Positions 1 to 12,506 of a DNA stretch of 64,000 nucleotides are shown here, piece by piece (the stretch's first letter is position 1; each line of letters starts with the position of its first letter). Below the pieces are notes generated by a model. That model was not told the origin of the DNA, made no database searches, and worked only from the letters and a program-made list of their open reading frames with translations. The DNA lies in the NCBI GenBank assembly GCA_000934665.2, contig KZ538029.1, positions 1 to 64,000 of the forward strand, in the 5' to 3' direction. This stretch comes from Catajapyx aquilonaris (lineage: Eukaryota). A program made the translations under genes and the position numbers.

Positions 1-1463
1 TAGGCCTAACTGATGTGAGATAAAGCAACTCAAAAACCTGTACAGGTTGTCAGGAAATATGACTTGATTATTTTATTTTGGAAGTATTCATCCCATATAC
101 AAGAATAGGCTTTGGCCGTTACACACAATAAGATAGGCCTATGGATTTGCTATTGCTCCTAATCCTCCTAAATAATTGCTGTCGTTTCTCTCCAAGAATA
201 ACACTCTCATGATCATGATACTTAGGCCTACATAATTATTATGTGGCATTCAATTTTTTAAAGCCTAACACAGTAATGTCCGTTGGCATGGCCATCACTA
301 TGAAACGTCATTAGATGCTGGTCATGGCCATTGGCCATCCTAATGAATTCATACTGCCTAATCCTAATTACCTTTCGATACGTTGGGGCCACACTTTGTA
401 ACGAAGAGGTCCCGCGCAGAGTGTCAGCAAGTCACCACCGCCTTTTCCGACAAACTGAAACTAGTTGTGGGCCGAGAATATCATGTCGGCTACTTCTTTG
501 TCGCTGCTACAGCAACGGAGCTGCGACTCTATAAATGGCGACTTTTACTTTCACCAGGAAATATCATCTAACTTCTAAACAACGACTTTCGGCTCCTCGG
601 ATGCAGAGTTTGTCAATGTGAGGCGCCGAAATCGCTGAAAGTCGCTGTTTAGAAGCAGAATGACATTCAGAGGGATATGGCCGGATATCTCCAATAAACA
701 ATTTATTACACCATAAACTGAATAGTGTCAATGGCGACGCGACGTCCCTTGCCTTCAACGTGTGGTATTCAAGTTTATTAGTCCAATGTTCGTATGCCAG
801 AAATCTGCGAGATTGATGAGAGAGACATCGTGATATTGCAGTTTATTAACGAGTTTTCCACTACTGTTTCTCTGGCAAAGTGGTCCCATATATTGCAGGT
901 GTGAAATATATGTTGTAGAAAATTATAATATGATGGTTTAAGTGGCATTCAGGTGGGCTATGTGGATCGGCAGTGGCCAAGGCAGCACAGGCCTTATTTT
1001 CACTTATTATATCATTTAGCATCAAAACCGCAATTATTGTTTCAATTGCTAATAATGATCATTTAGTTAATTGAATACAATAATGATGATGCATTTGGGT
1101 GTAGTGGACATAGGCACTGTTGGAAATCTCTTCTGAATAATGCTTATTTACGAAGATAAAAAATTGTGTGGAAATTCTACGATAGCGTTAATAACGTTCG
1201 TACGAGTAGCAGCGACTTTTCAGGAGTCATTTGAAAACCGCTGCTACGCTACTTTCAACCCAACCGCTGAGCCGTAACCGCCGTAACTGCTGCATAACGG
1301 CCGTAACCGGATATAAGAGCTGTGCTATCTTCAGCCCCCGCCGTCCAACATGGCCGCCATGTGAGGTTCGGTTGAAGAGGAAATATTTCTGTCCGTTTCT
1401 TCCCCCACCATTGTGGTGTCAATCGTCCGGGGCGTGGCTGACACACTTCCCCAGGCGGATCGG

Positions 1464-4097
1464 ATGAGCGGGTGGGGTGACGGCGACGGGACAGTTGCGG
1501 ATGAGACGGCGGCGGAGGCGGATCCACTGTGCTGTTGCGAGTATGTGGACGGCGATGGGGTGAGGAGGCACGTTCTTCTCTGCTGCTGCGACTGCCAGGC
1601 CGTGGACGAGTTCGCAGAAAGGTGTGGCCTACACTCCTCGCTGACTGATCAAAGGAAAGGCTACCAGGGGAGGGTCGGTCGTTGGGGGGAAACTTGGGGT
1701 TGAAAATGTGTTAGGCACGTTAGGTGAGTACGAGCGTTGGGTGGTAATGCATGCATGCGTGCATGCACCCACTATAAGAGCTTGGTATGCACAGTTACAA
1801 TCTGTTGGATAACATAGAAAGCGCTCTAGTCAGGAATAGTGTGCATGAAGCGATGAAGGAGTGCCAAATGACCTCAAGTGTCAAAACAGTTATCTGATAT
1901 CATTTCGTATTATTTGCTCCCGGAACATTGAAGTTCAGTTCGAGGCTTTCTGCAGATTCTCATGCAAGGGATGGTCATGCAACTGGACTCAACCTATGAT
2001 AAAGCCAGGAGTTTTATATAATAATAATAAAAAAAAGAGGAAGTGCTTTCTTTCCTAAAGCGATTAAGATGGCCTTGACATTGTTGGGCATTTGGTAATG
2101 GATTTGACATTGCAACAAGATTGCCTGATTTCCGGTAATTGTAGGAATTGTTTGGCATTGGTTGTCAGGAAGTTTCTGTACTTCTATTGCCTTGGTTTTG
2201 GTGCTTTCAGATTTTTATTTTGTGTTGAAATTTTGTATAATGTGCAATTATGCTTGACGGGAATATTTCAAGTAGTTATCCTGGTGGAATCATACTGTGT
2301 GCACGTTATCTGAATTCGAGTTATTTAGGCTAGACTCACGTGCCAGTTAGAGCAAGTAGCACATCCGCACGCATTGATATGACTTTTTTCCATAATTCGG
2401 TACTGCTGAGCATTTCATTACACATGTAGGTGTGCGCTGAGAAACACTTAACAGCAAAATGTGCATTGTTCAAACGTTCTTCTCATTTTGCCAAAATGTT
2501 ACAAGTGATGTGTCAATTGACAAGGACTTTATACCCGCAGGATGATCTCAGGACGCAGAGTGAGCCGAGAGCACCAAGAGAGGGTATGGCAGGCAGTGCA
2601 AGAGCGTCTGCGCATCCCCTGGTGTGGAGGGGCTCGAAAAATACCGCTGGACATTCTCCTGCCAGTGTTCATGCTGCCCACTTTCCTGATGTTGGCTGCC
2701 TTAGGCCCCCTTTGGACAGCCTTGTCCTTTGCCTCCTTGCCCCTGGTGATCCTCTTCCTCCACAGGCACAGTTTGCGCTTTTTGCCCAGGACCAGGTTTT
2801 ACCTCTCGTGGACCTTGGCCACGTGGGTCTTTCTCATCGCAGTGTTTGAAGTGCAGGTGCCTTTCCTGGATATCACCCCCGAGGAGAATGTCTCGTTTAT
2901 CATCATGGTTAGTGCAGCCAGTCTTTGCACATTGCTAACATGGGTAAGAGCCAGGGTGCTGAAGCAGGACGCAACTATGAGTGGTGCCAATGGATTCTCA
3001 GTGCAGTTGGATTCTACGTCCAGCTTACCAGTGTCCGTCATGCCAAGGACATATCCTTGCAGCGTGTGCCAAGGGAATGTGGAGATGAGAGACCATCACT
3101 GCATATGGTAATTATCTGCTGTCAATTGAATGCCGAAAGAAAGTATTAAACCATTTCATTAAAATTGTACTGGTTGGTTGAGCTCAAAGTGGCAAAAATT
3201 GTGCTACCTGGTGTGCTACAAATCTCAAGAGTGTAAAACTGGAAGAAATGCTGTGCCTCATCTAAACTTGCTGAGGTTGTTTGGCTTATGGTGATGGACA
3301 AACAATAGATACATTCTGCGACTGGACAAAATGTAGCTTCATGCTGTACTTAGAAGTGGAGATTGAATACCATTTCCGGGACTGATGTCCGACCTGTGCA
3401 ATGTGCCAAAATCTGTCAGTTCTTCTTCATTGTGCTTTCATTTATGCAGTTATGATATTGCTTGTCACAGTTCCTGTTATAAATCCTGTTGTCCTGTATT
3501 ATGCATCTAACATGCACGTTGGCCACATGGAAACGTTAGCTGTTACCAAACACCACTTAACCAAAGATGTAACATGTTAATTGTGTATTAATTGCAGGCT
3601 CGATTGCTGCGTGGGACAGAACAACCATGGCTTCTTTCTACTGGCCGTTACCCTGTTCCTTGTATGCATCGTGTATGCTGCCAACCTGTGCCTCACAGCC
3701 TTGTGCAGGCCAGTGGTTCTCTTCAACTTTCTGTACCTACCCCGGGATTGCAGTGAAGTGTACGAGGATGTGCAGTAAGCAATTTAGCACACGTTGCTCA
3801 CTCGCTGTCGGTGAGGAAGTACTGATGCATTTTTTTATATTTTTCAGCCTGTCCTTCCCATTTGTGTGTTCGCTCTACGCATGCATTTTGGCTATCTTGC
3901 TTCTGGTGCTCCTGGCGCAGCAGCTACTGTGCATCTCTCTAGGAGTGACTGGAAGTGAGTGGAGGAGGCATCATGGCCAGGGCGGATTTTTCTCAGGGCT
4001 GAGGAAGGCCTGGGTCGCTCACAGCAGCGGAAGCCGGAGAGGGATCATGTCCAACTGGGCTGCATTCATTGGAAGGCGATTTCTGAGAACAGCCTGA
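1464..4097 (+). CDS. ZDHHC23: DHHC palmitoyltransferase ZDHHC23 (GABPI-like); 4 exons: 1464-1621, 2541-3107, 3598-3774, 3848-4097
   Basis: N-terminal PLCCCEY..HVLLCCCDC motif typical of ZDHHC23, several hydrophobic TM segments, and the DHHC domain CSVCQGNVEMRDHHCIW|LDCCVGQNNH joined in frame across a GT-AG intron. Confidence 0.92.
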
Positions 4098-4929
4098 ATT
4101 CACACCAAAGGAAGACCAAAATCTCAGGTGTTTAGTAATAGTACACTACATAGAATCAAAGATTTATTCGAGAGATTTGTGCCACGTGTTTACGCTTTAG
4201 AGTTGCAAAAATGTTGCGATTTTATTTTTATACTCGGGCAGCCTTTAATCAAAGATTGTAGTTGAAGCGTTAGCTACATCTTTAAGGCTTAGTTGTGAAT
4301 TTCGGATGGTTGGTGCTGAACTTCAACTTTTAAAATGATTAGGTAATGTTTATTGCTGTCAGTTAAGAGAGATTTGTACCGCATTCACTAAAAGGACCAG
4401 TCAAGATAAATCCAGCTCTCCACAAGTTCCTATTGTTCGAACACTAAAAATGAGTCCCTGTCCCTTTTTATACCATTTCATTTAAGAACATTACGACTCC
4501 TCCCCCATATTTCTTATGAAAACTGTCATACTGTCCACACTACTCGTGCACCGTTTGCATCACAGCTCTTCACAACCTCAGAACATCTGTTATTCCGAGC
4601 AGCACAATGCTGATAGTACACATGCGGAAGTAATAGTAATGAAATCACGAATGTTTCTTTTGAAAAATGCATCTCATTGCTGTCGTGATACTTTGGCAGG
4701 CACAGAAGGCTTCTCGTAAATGCTGTGAAAAGATTTTCCAAATTTTTCTTTGTGCCAGCCAGTGACATTTGGTGCCCTTAAGTGCTATACAGTGGAATTA
4801 ATTCTCCAGTTGACAGCAAGCACTGGAGGCAGTGAAAGATTTGTACTTAACATTTTTTTCCCCCCTGGGATATTTGCCACTAGACACCAGGTTGCAAAAG
4901 AAAAGTGTCATGTACGACTCCTGTCATAA

Positions 4930-5303
4930 AGCCTGTTTCATAAATAAATGATCGCGCGATCCGGCAGCAGCGACAGAATGCGGCGATGAATGCCGCATGC
5001 TGCCGCTGCGTTGGAATGTGGCGATGGGTCGCGTGTTCAATTCATATAAAAAAACGGATGCGCGACGAGGCGTGCGCGGCGCGCTGTCACGTGACTCCAT
5101 CCTGCTTCTCCCATTGGCTCCAGCTCCTGCGATGAGTCCCGACGCACATTCAATATCAAACCGGCCGGATGTGGTGCGACGCGATGAGTTCCAGCGACCG
5201 TCGCGCCTGAATTTATTTATGAATTGGACGGACGCGCGACGGTCAAGCCAGATCTGCGACCCACAGCAGATCACCGTCGCAGAGTTTATTTATGAAACGG
5301 GCT
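4930..5303. mobile_element. MITE, PIF/Harbinger-like
   Basis: 19-bp terminal inverted repeats agcctgtttcataaataaa / tttatttatgaaacgggct (1 mismatch), TAA target-site duplication on both sides, extra internal inverted repeats, and a GC-rich non-coding body. Confidence 0.8.
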
Positions 5304-5647
5304 TAAGTTGCTTCGGCCTTTTGAGCAAATATCCTTAGGAAAACATCATGACACTGCTTTTCTCTTAATGTACAAGAATATTTCTGCATTTTTCAAGTCA
5401 TATGTATAATACTGTAGTATAATGCAAAACGCTAGTCTTTATAAGTGCGAGGGTGTAGCTGACGACAGTAAAGTGCACTTTTCCACAATACACAAAGCTA
5501 AAATAGTTTGTAATTGTTGCATAAAATATAAATACAAAATGTTGCTGACTAGACAAAATGTTGAACATGTACATTACACTTATAAGATTAAAGGCAATAA
5601 AACGGCACATTTTTGTACGACAGTTGCATTAATTGTGAGCATCAAGG

Positions 5648-8388
5648 TCAGATATCTTCATCGCTGGAACAACCAGGTGGCCTAAAGTCAGGAACCACCT
5701 CGAGGACTTTTTCCCTCCATCTACGCCTCCTGCTGTGAGCAATTCTTTCCTCCCTGAGGACGTGCTTCAAATTGGTCCACTTTCGGAGACATCTCTTCAT
5801 GATCTTCCTTTCGTGGTGCTTCCTGGCCACCTCCTCTTGTCTCCACCGCTGTATTTTCATGCTCAACATGTGAGCGGCCCATCCCTGAAGGCACCTGGTC
5901 ATCAAGTTCATCTCGTGGAAGTCCTCCGCAGCCTGCAGCTTCCGAATTCCTTCCAGCCTTGCCTCCTTCCACCACCTGGAATTCAAAACTCTTTTAGCAT
6001 AAATATACTTACGGTGAATCTTCTCCGACAGAAGTAGGGGAGGAGTTACAATGAGAACCAATCGCAAATTGAAAAAATTTGCAGGCTCATGTAATTGGTT
6101 ATCACAGAACTTCCACTCATACTTTCCTGTCAGTCTTTATTTGTTGACAATTGATCACGATATACTGTAGGTGCACATCGGGTAATAATTAACAAGACGT
6201 TGAAAATTAGTATTGACTCTACCTGAGGCAACGCCTGGTCAGCTGCAACTTGTATAGCTCGTTGGCATCAAATTCCTTTTCCTCGTTTATTCGCCTAGTT
6301 TTATCCAGCCAGGTCCTGAAAGCATGTTGCACAGTCTGCCTCCGATGGTGCATGTCTGCCTTAGCCGTGTCATCCTTCCTGGCCTGCACTGCAGCTCGAA
6401 ACGCATTTATTCCTCGATGCAGAAGCCAGGTGCGATAGTGTGCTCTGGCCATCTGGTCCAGGGCAGCCATTTTCTCCGCTTGTGCTTTACGCTCCTGGAC
6501 CAACCTGGCCCTCTCAGCCACCCTTTTCTTACGCTCCTGAACCTCCAACCTGGCACGCTCTTCCTCCATCTTCTTTTGGTGCCTCTCCTTCTCCTCTAGC
6601 TTCTGGCGCTGCAGGGCCTCAAGCTCCTCTCGACGCTTCACCCGCTCTTCGGCTCGACTCTGCATGTGAAGTAGGAAGGCCGGTGGCGGTGGGGGCTCGG
6701 TCTTGCGCACAGCAGGAGCTGGTTTCTGAGGGAGCTTCTTACGGGGAGGCGACTTCTTGCGATCCAATCGCAAGGTTTCAATCATGGTTTGCTGCTCCTT
6801 TAGCCTCACCTGAAAAGCAGCATGGGACATAAGTGCTGGGAAACAAAATCTGCGGGACTGGCAGAAAATGATGTGTAATTCCCCAAGCACAGCCCCATAG
6901 CATAATTATTGTATGGACATGTGATGCTCGACTGAAAATGTCGACACTAACCTGTTGCTCCTGTATAATGGCCTTCTGGGTCTCTAGCCTGTTTGCGTAG
7001 ACTGTGGTGACATTTTCAACAACCCCCTTCTTCTTTGGTGGTCCGTAGATCCTCTCCGCTTCGGCTATCCTCCTAGCAGCCAGCAGTGGCTTCCTGCTCC
7101 CCTTCTTGGAGGTCTCTTTCAGCGACGCCAGAAAGGAACGCACCCTCTCCCGTCTGCTCTCCTCGTCTTCCCTCACCCTCCTCTCAAGCCTACGCTTCTT
7201 CACAAACATTTTCCATTGTCTCCAGCTCTTGCGGAGCAGGGTGGTGTTGTAGTGCTGTGTTGCCATGCGGTTCTTTGCTGCTGCCTTTAGGAGCCTCTGA
7301 CGGAATTCCTCCTCTGCACGCCGGCATATGCTCTGCTTGGTACGTTTTCGCCATTGCAACCAGCATGACTGGAATGGTAAGAAAATATGATTAGCTGGAA
7401 AAGTAAGAAAGTCTTGTGACACATACCTGCAAAGTTTTGCATGAGTAAAACATGACTGCTTTTGATTCCAGCTCCTTGGAAGCCTTGACCCTGCTTCTCC
7501 ACCTATCAAAATACATGGATGCCAGCTGAAAGGTCCTCCCTGCGTACTCTGGAGGTGTGACGGAAGAGTCCGGAGACACAATGCCAGATTCTGCAGATGC
7601 GGTGCGAAGCCCTGGAGAAGTTCTTCCGGGTTCTGGAGATACTTGGCGAGGCTCCGGAGACGAAGGCGGAACCACAAGTTCTTCCTTTCGACTGGACAGC
7701 TTCCCCGATCGACTGAAGGGTCTGGGACGCTCAGCCAGTTTTCCAAGCACCTCTTCATACGGGGTAGGTCTTGTACTTTGCTCCTCCCGCAGTCGCTTCT
7801 TCAGCTTTTCCAGCGCTTCTTTGAAAGCAACCTCTTCTTGCTTTTGTTCCTCCCAGGCCTTCTCTTCTTCCGCAATCACTCTGGCAATAGATTACGAAAG
7901 TAACGTAAATGAAAATAAATGCCATTTCATGTTCAATGCACATTTTTGTTCAACTGTATTATAAAATGCATGACACTTTACCGACGAGCCTGCTTTACGG
8001 CTGCTTTCTGCACCTCCATCCTCTCCTTCAACTCCTCCTTTTTCTTCCTCTCATCTTCCCGCTTCTGCTTCAGCTGGATATGCCTCACCTGTGTCGTGTA
8101 CAGCGGCAATGGTTTCCCCACCTTATCATCCTTCAGCCTCCGCAGCCCCTGGTTGGAAATGGCCAGTGTCGCCTTCAGCTCCCTAATCATGTTACGTGCC
8201 CGCAGCTTAATATCCTCTGCACTCTGCGGGTCAGTCGCCAGCAACGGCGGTGTCGTCGACACACCAAAACTCCACACATGGCTAGTAGGAGGCGGCAACT
8301 TGCACGGTGCATCAGGAAGTGGATCTTTAGACAGAAAATCTGTGATGTCCGTCTGGTCAAACACTTTCCGCAGTCGGTCTCCGTCCAT
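5648..8388 (-). CDS. CCDC191: Coiled-coil protein CCDC191 (KIAA1407)-like; exons 8388-7982, 7880-7427, 7368-6952, 6809-6223, 5975-5648
   Basis: Five exons join in frame at GT-AG sites. The protein has E/K/R-rich coiled coils, SFI1-like repeats (A..HY...LL..W..W) and a C-terminal LEVVPDF motif. The tail-to-tail position next to ZDHHC23 matches the vertebrate arrangement. Confidence 0.75.
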
Positions 8389-8439
8389 ATTACTTGCAAC
8401 AATAGTGTTTCTGTGGCTATGCAAACACTAACAGTGGGC

Positions 8440-8618
8440 AAGGGTTTTTATCAATAAATCATGCCCCCCCCNACAAATCGTCCCGCCATCTGTCGTCAGG
8501 GGTGCCAACCCGCGCAGTGTCGCCATCTATTGGGCGGATCCAATCCATTCCGAGTCCGCGGGGTGCGGCGGAGTTTGCTCGGGCTGCTGAACCTCTTCTA
8601 AGGGCGAATCAGGTGAGT
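8440..8618. promoter_or_regulatory. Probable bidirectional promoter for CCDC191 and PRDM10, including a non-coding first exon of PRDM10 (donor CAG|gtgagt at 8612/8613)
   Basis: GC-rich stretch just upstream of the CCDC191 ATG, two CGCCATCT motifs, and a strong + strand splice donor. Confidence 0.5.
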
Positions 8619-11519
8619 TTTCCCCCCAACTGATTTGAGCTGGAAATGGGCACGAGGCACGAACCTGGGGCGGACACGGGTTACAGTAGTGTCGAAAATG
8701 GGATGTCCCAATATGTATAACCTGCCCACCCCCTTTGCCTTTTTGTGATTTTGGACCGGTCCGATTCCCTCGATAGTTTTTGCAGGGGGTTCCCCAGTTT
8801 ATTATCGCTAGTATGAATAGGCAGAGAATGTAGGGGCTGCCCCGGGGTGGGTGCAGACCCAGGGGCAGACACAGGGGCAGCTGAAAAATGCGAATATGCA
8901 ATTTTGGGAACAACATGGCGGATTTTTTTTTTGTGATCATTTTTTGTAGTTGCTGATTGTGGCCGGTAGAGGCGGGGTTTACAGCGGGTTTTACATGGTG
9001 CTGTTGTGTTAGTGCGCGGTGGTTGTTGTAATGTGCTGGTTGGTGTTGTTTGGTGCACCGTGTAAATCTGCGCCCCTGGCGGATTTTTAGGAGAAACGCT
9101 GTATCGAACACGATCCCGCGCGCCTCCAAGCGTGAGTCGCATGAAACCGCTGCCAAACTTGTACAAGGTTTCCATCCCCACTAGAGGTGAAGGTCACCAC
9201 CCCCGCAAAAATTCTGCAAATTAAACACAACCAAAGGAACACCCAGCATTCATATCCAGCCCGCAGACTCGCCCCTGGACTCTGCCCCGTGTTCTGCCCC
9301 TATCAGCTAACCCCCATGGTTCCAACCTTGTAGTTTTCCCGGGGTTTTTGGGGGCGTCCTTGAGCCGTATGGATTTTGGGGAGAAGAGGGGGAGGCCTTG
9401 TTCTTGTAGAGTTGCGCGAAAATGTTTTGAGGGGGTAGGGGGCTTCTGGGGGGGGGACCTTCGCTTTTACTAGATCAGTAGGGTACAGGCTGGCTGGCTG
9501 GGGTTTGCCCTTCTCACTTGTTTTGGGGGGGGGGTGGATTTATAGCCCAGCTGATTCTAACCTTGAATGGTGTTGGTGCAAAGTGTTCTACAGGATATAG
9601 AATAGGAAGAACAGCACTTTTACATTATATAAAGAAAAGTACGTGGTGTATGTTGCATGTGCATGCTGTACAATCGTGAGAAAACCTGTACCGACACAGT
9701 ACATTTCCGTTGAATGTATACAGTGCAACGGTACAAACAAAGTTTCCACCAATTTTATTTTTGTTGAAAATATAAATAGACAATCCAAATTTTCCGTTTG
9801 AGTCATACGTTGTAGCGTGCACGTGTTTTGCACTGATTTCTAGAATTAACTGATGTTGCGTCGTGACAGGAATGTTTTCTGCACGTGACTGCGGGAAGGG
9901 AGGGAATTTTTTGTGGATGCCAAGGTTAGCCCACCGCCATAGGGGGAGAAAAAAATATATATTTCCTGTTGTCTACTGGTGTAATGTTGTGAAACTTGAA
10001 TGAAGAGATATTTTGGTGCGTGACGTTGAGGTGCTTTCAATATTAAACTTGTAATATTTAATTCAGCGCATAATTGCGTGGTGGACGTGCGAGGTGAACA
10101 GCGCTCCCACGTTAGCAAGAAGTTAGATGCTGTATTATAGCATACAGAAAATAAATATCAGCCTCTTGGTAAGAAACATGTAAATTCAACGGAACATTAC
10201 ATGTTTGTTAAATACTGTTTTGTAACATATTTTATACCGTTATAGCTACATTAAAAAAATTGTGTAAATTCAAGCACGAGGAAACATGTTTTTTTAAATA
10301 AATTGCTTACAAAGTATGTGCGGATACATGCAATGGGTAATTAATTGTCACTAATTCACCACTGTGACAAGTCAGTTGCACTTCCCACAATTTTTGTTAC
10401 CATTGCGCACATCCCAAAAATTTAATTTTAATCCGTATTAGTAAATTAGGCTCCGGCTGTGAATGAGTCAATTACCATAGTTAGCCGGACTGTCATTTGC
10501 CTAAGCAGAATGCAGAACACTCATCTTGCAATTCTGAACAAGCATTTCTGCAATTTTGGCTTCAAAAGTCTGGAAAACCCTGCTATTCATGCTTGACCTT
10601 GGCCCAGATTTGATGGGAGGTGGTGTAGTTGACGGCTGGAGAGAATAAGGAGCTTTTAGGAAAACGGCAATTACCAGACATTGATTCCTTGAAATAATAT
10701 AGCGAATGTGAATCAATCATGTTGATTACTCGTTGGTTACAAAAAAAAAAAAAACTTGGTCGACATATGTCATAATCCAATACTTCCTGGTGGGGATGGC
10801 TCATGCTCAGTGAAGTACCCAGCTCAAATGACAACCTTTTTTTATATATATTTAGAGCTAAAAGTTGCTTAAATAGAATGTCATTTTTACACATCATGTG
10901 TGACACATTGTCACAAATAATAATGGGATCGTTGTAGTTAGCCTCAATATTCAAGGCCACTACTTTAGTGAGCAATTATATCACAGTTTGGAATAAATTA
11001 CAGATGAAATAATCTCTCTTTTATTACACTTGCTCTTTAGCCTTGAAAAGCTCACTCGGTTGACATTATTTTAATATTTTAACTAATTCTTTTAAGCTGA
11101 ACAAGATATTAAGGTTGGCAGCCTTCACTTGTAATTAGGACTTCTGTTAACAATTTTTATATGCATTGATTGATTAGCACTTCACAATATCACTGATCTC
11201 AATATTTCGGCAATACTACTCAGGGAGCAAGCTTTACTGGACCTCAATCAACATTTTGACAAATGAACCTATTGCATCGGAATTGGAAGTGTAGCTAGTA
11301 ACTTGCGATACCTTTCACACTGACTAATTAATGATGGGCCAAGAGCATTGATATGCTTGACCTTCACACTTCCGAATATACGAGGATGTTCCTATTCAGC
11401 AAAAATTCTGCAAAATTCATGTTGACATCATTTAAAGTACGTTAACTTAAATCCGACAATAAGATGGGATTTATTGTGATACATACTGTCCTGATGGGAA
11501 TGCCATGAAATGACAGTTG

Positions 11520-11700
11520 CTTTGTGTTGATATCACCCAGAAATTCTATTGCTGCCTGGTGCGGATAGTGGAATCCTTTCTATGCATTGTTGGCTGCTTT
11601 ATTGTTGAATGAGGTCAAGGTCACATGGAGTGAGGTCAGGCAAATGCAGAGGTGTTTGAGTCCTTCCATCTCCACTGGTTTCCTTAACGATTGGCAGTGT
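11520..11700 (-). mobile_element. Degenerate Tc1/mariner transposase relic
   Basis: The minus-strand translation TPLHLPDLTPCDLDL resembles the mariner YSPDLAPxD motif. A downstream GFHYP..IEFLGD segment loosely resembles the mariner C-terminus. No TIRs or intact ORF were found. Confidence 0.4.
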
Positions 11701-12506
11701 ATTTATGCCAGCTTCCTCATGTTTCCCTTTGTTCAGGGTGATTGGAGATGGGAGTGTATTGATTGTATGTTTCTGGACATCCTTGGTTATGATCATGTCT
11801 TATTTTTGTCACATCAGAAGTAACTCGGGCTTGGAACATTACTCGAAAGCGTTCGAAAGACTCAGGCGTTAGAATGTTAATACACACGCCATGACTTCTG
11901 TTGGACAATGACGTGACTCTCGCACGCATAGAGGATAGATTCATGTAAATAATATGCAAATTAAAGGCGAATCGCGTACGTTTAGATCAGAATTGCCAAC
12001 GCGACAATCTTGCATTTTTGGATGAAGCAAGGCAGCTTAGGCCATGAGTCCTTGGACAGGCAGATATAGAAAGAAAGACTCATCATATCAAAGGAATTTT
12101 TGAGAGTGAATATGAACAGAGACTCCCGAGAAAATCCAAAAAAAATCGTGTAAAGTTTAACTCAAAACATCCGAGACGTTTGACCACATTGATGGGGATT
12201 GTATCAACTCAAATCAATTATATTTGAATACATATTATGAATGCCTGTACATATTAAGAGATTTTTCGCAATTTGCTCAACTTGAATTCCTAGTTTTGTC
12301 AGTGGAATATTCCATTACTTGCTTGCTGCTACTTAGGTTAGCCTTTGACCTTTACCATTTCAGACAGGCAAAAGCGGTTTCTAAATAGATCCAAATGCAC
12401 TCTAACCCCTAAGTGAAGTGTTTAACAAGCAAATTTATATATTTTTTAATCAACAGGTTATGGGTACTGTTGAGACCAGAGTGTGAAATAGAATGCAGTG
12501 AGCCGA

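Noticed and set aside
372..454. Possible minus-strand exon of an upstream gene (tttcag|...|gtaatt)
   Set aside because: It is a single short segment with no recognisable homology and cannot be supported within this window.
8416..8430. RFX X-box upstream of CCDC191, plus a half-site near IFT43
   Set aside because: The first has two mismatches to consensus and the second is only a half-site.
8527..9181. Minus-strand ORFs of 209 and 166 aa
   Set aside because: They have no recognisable motifs and lie in GC-rich promoter/first-intron sequence with degenerate inverted repeats.
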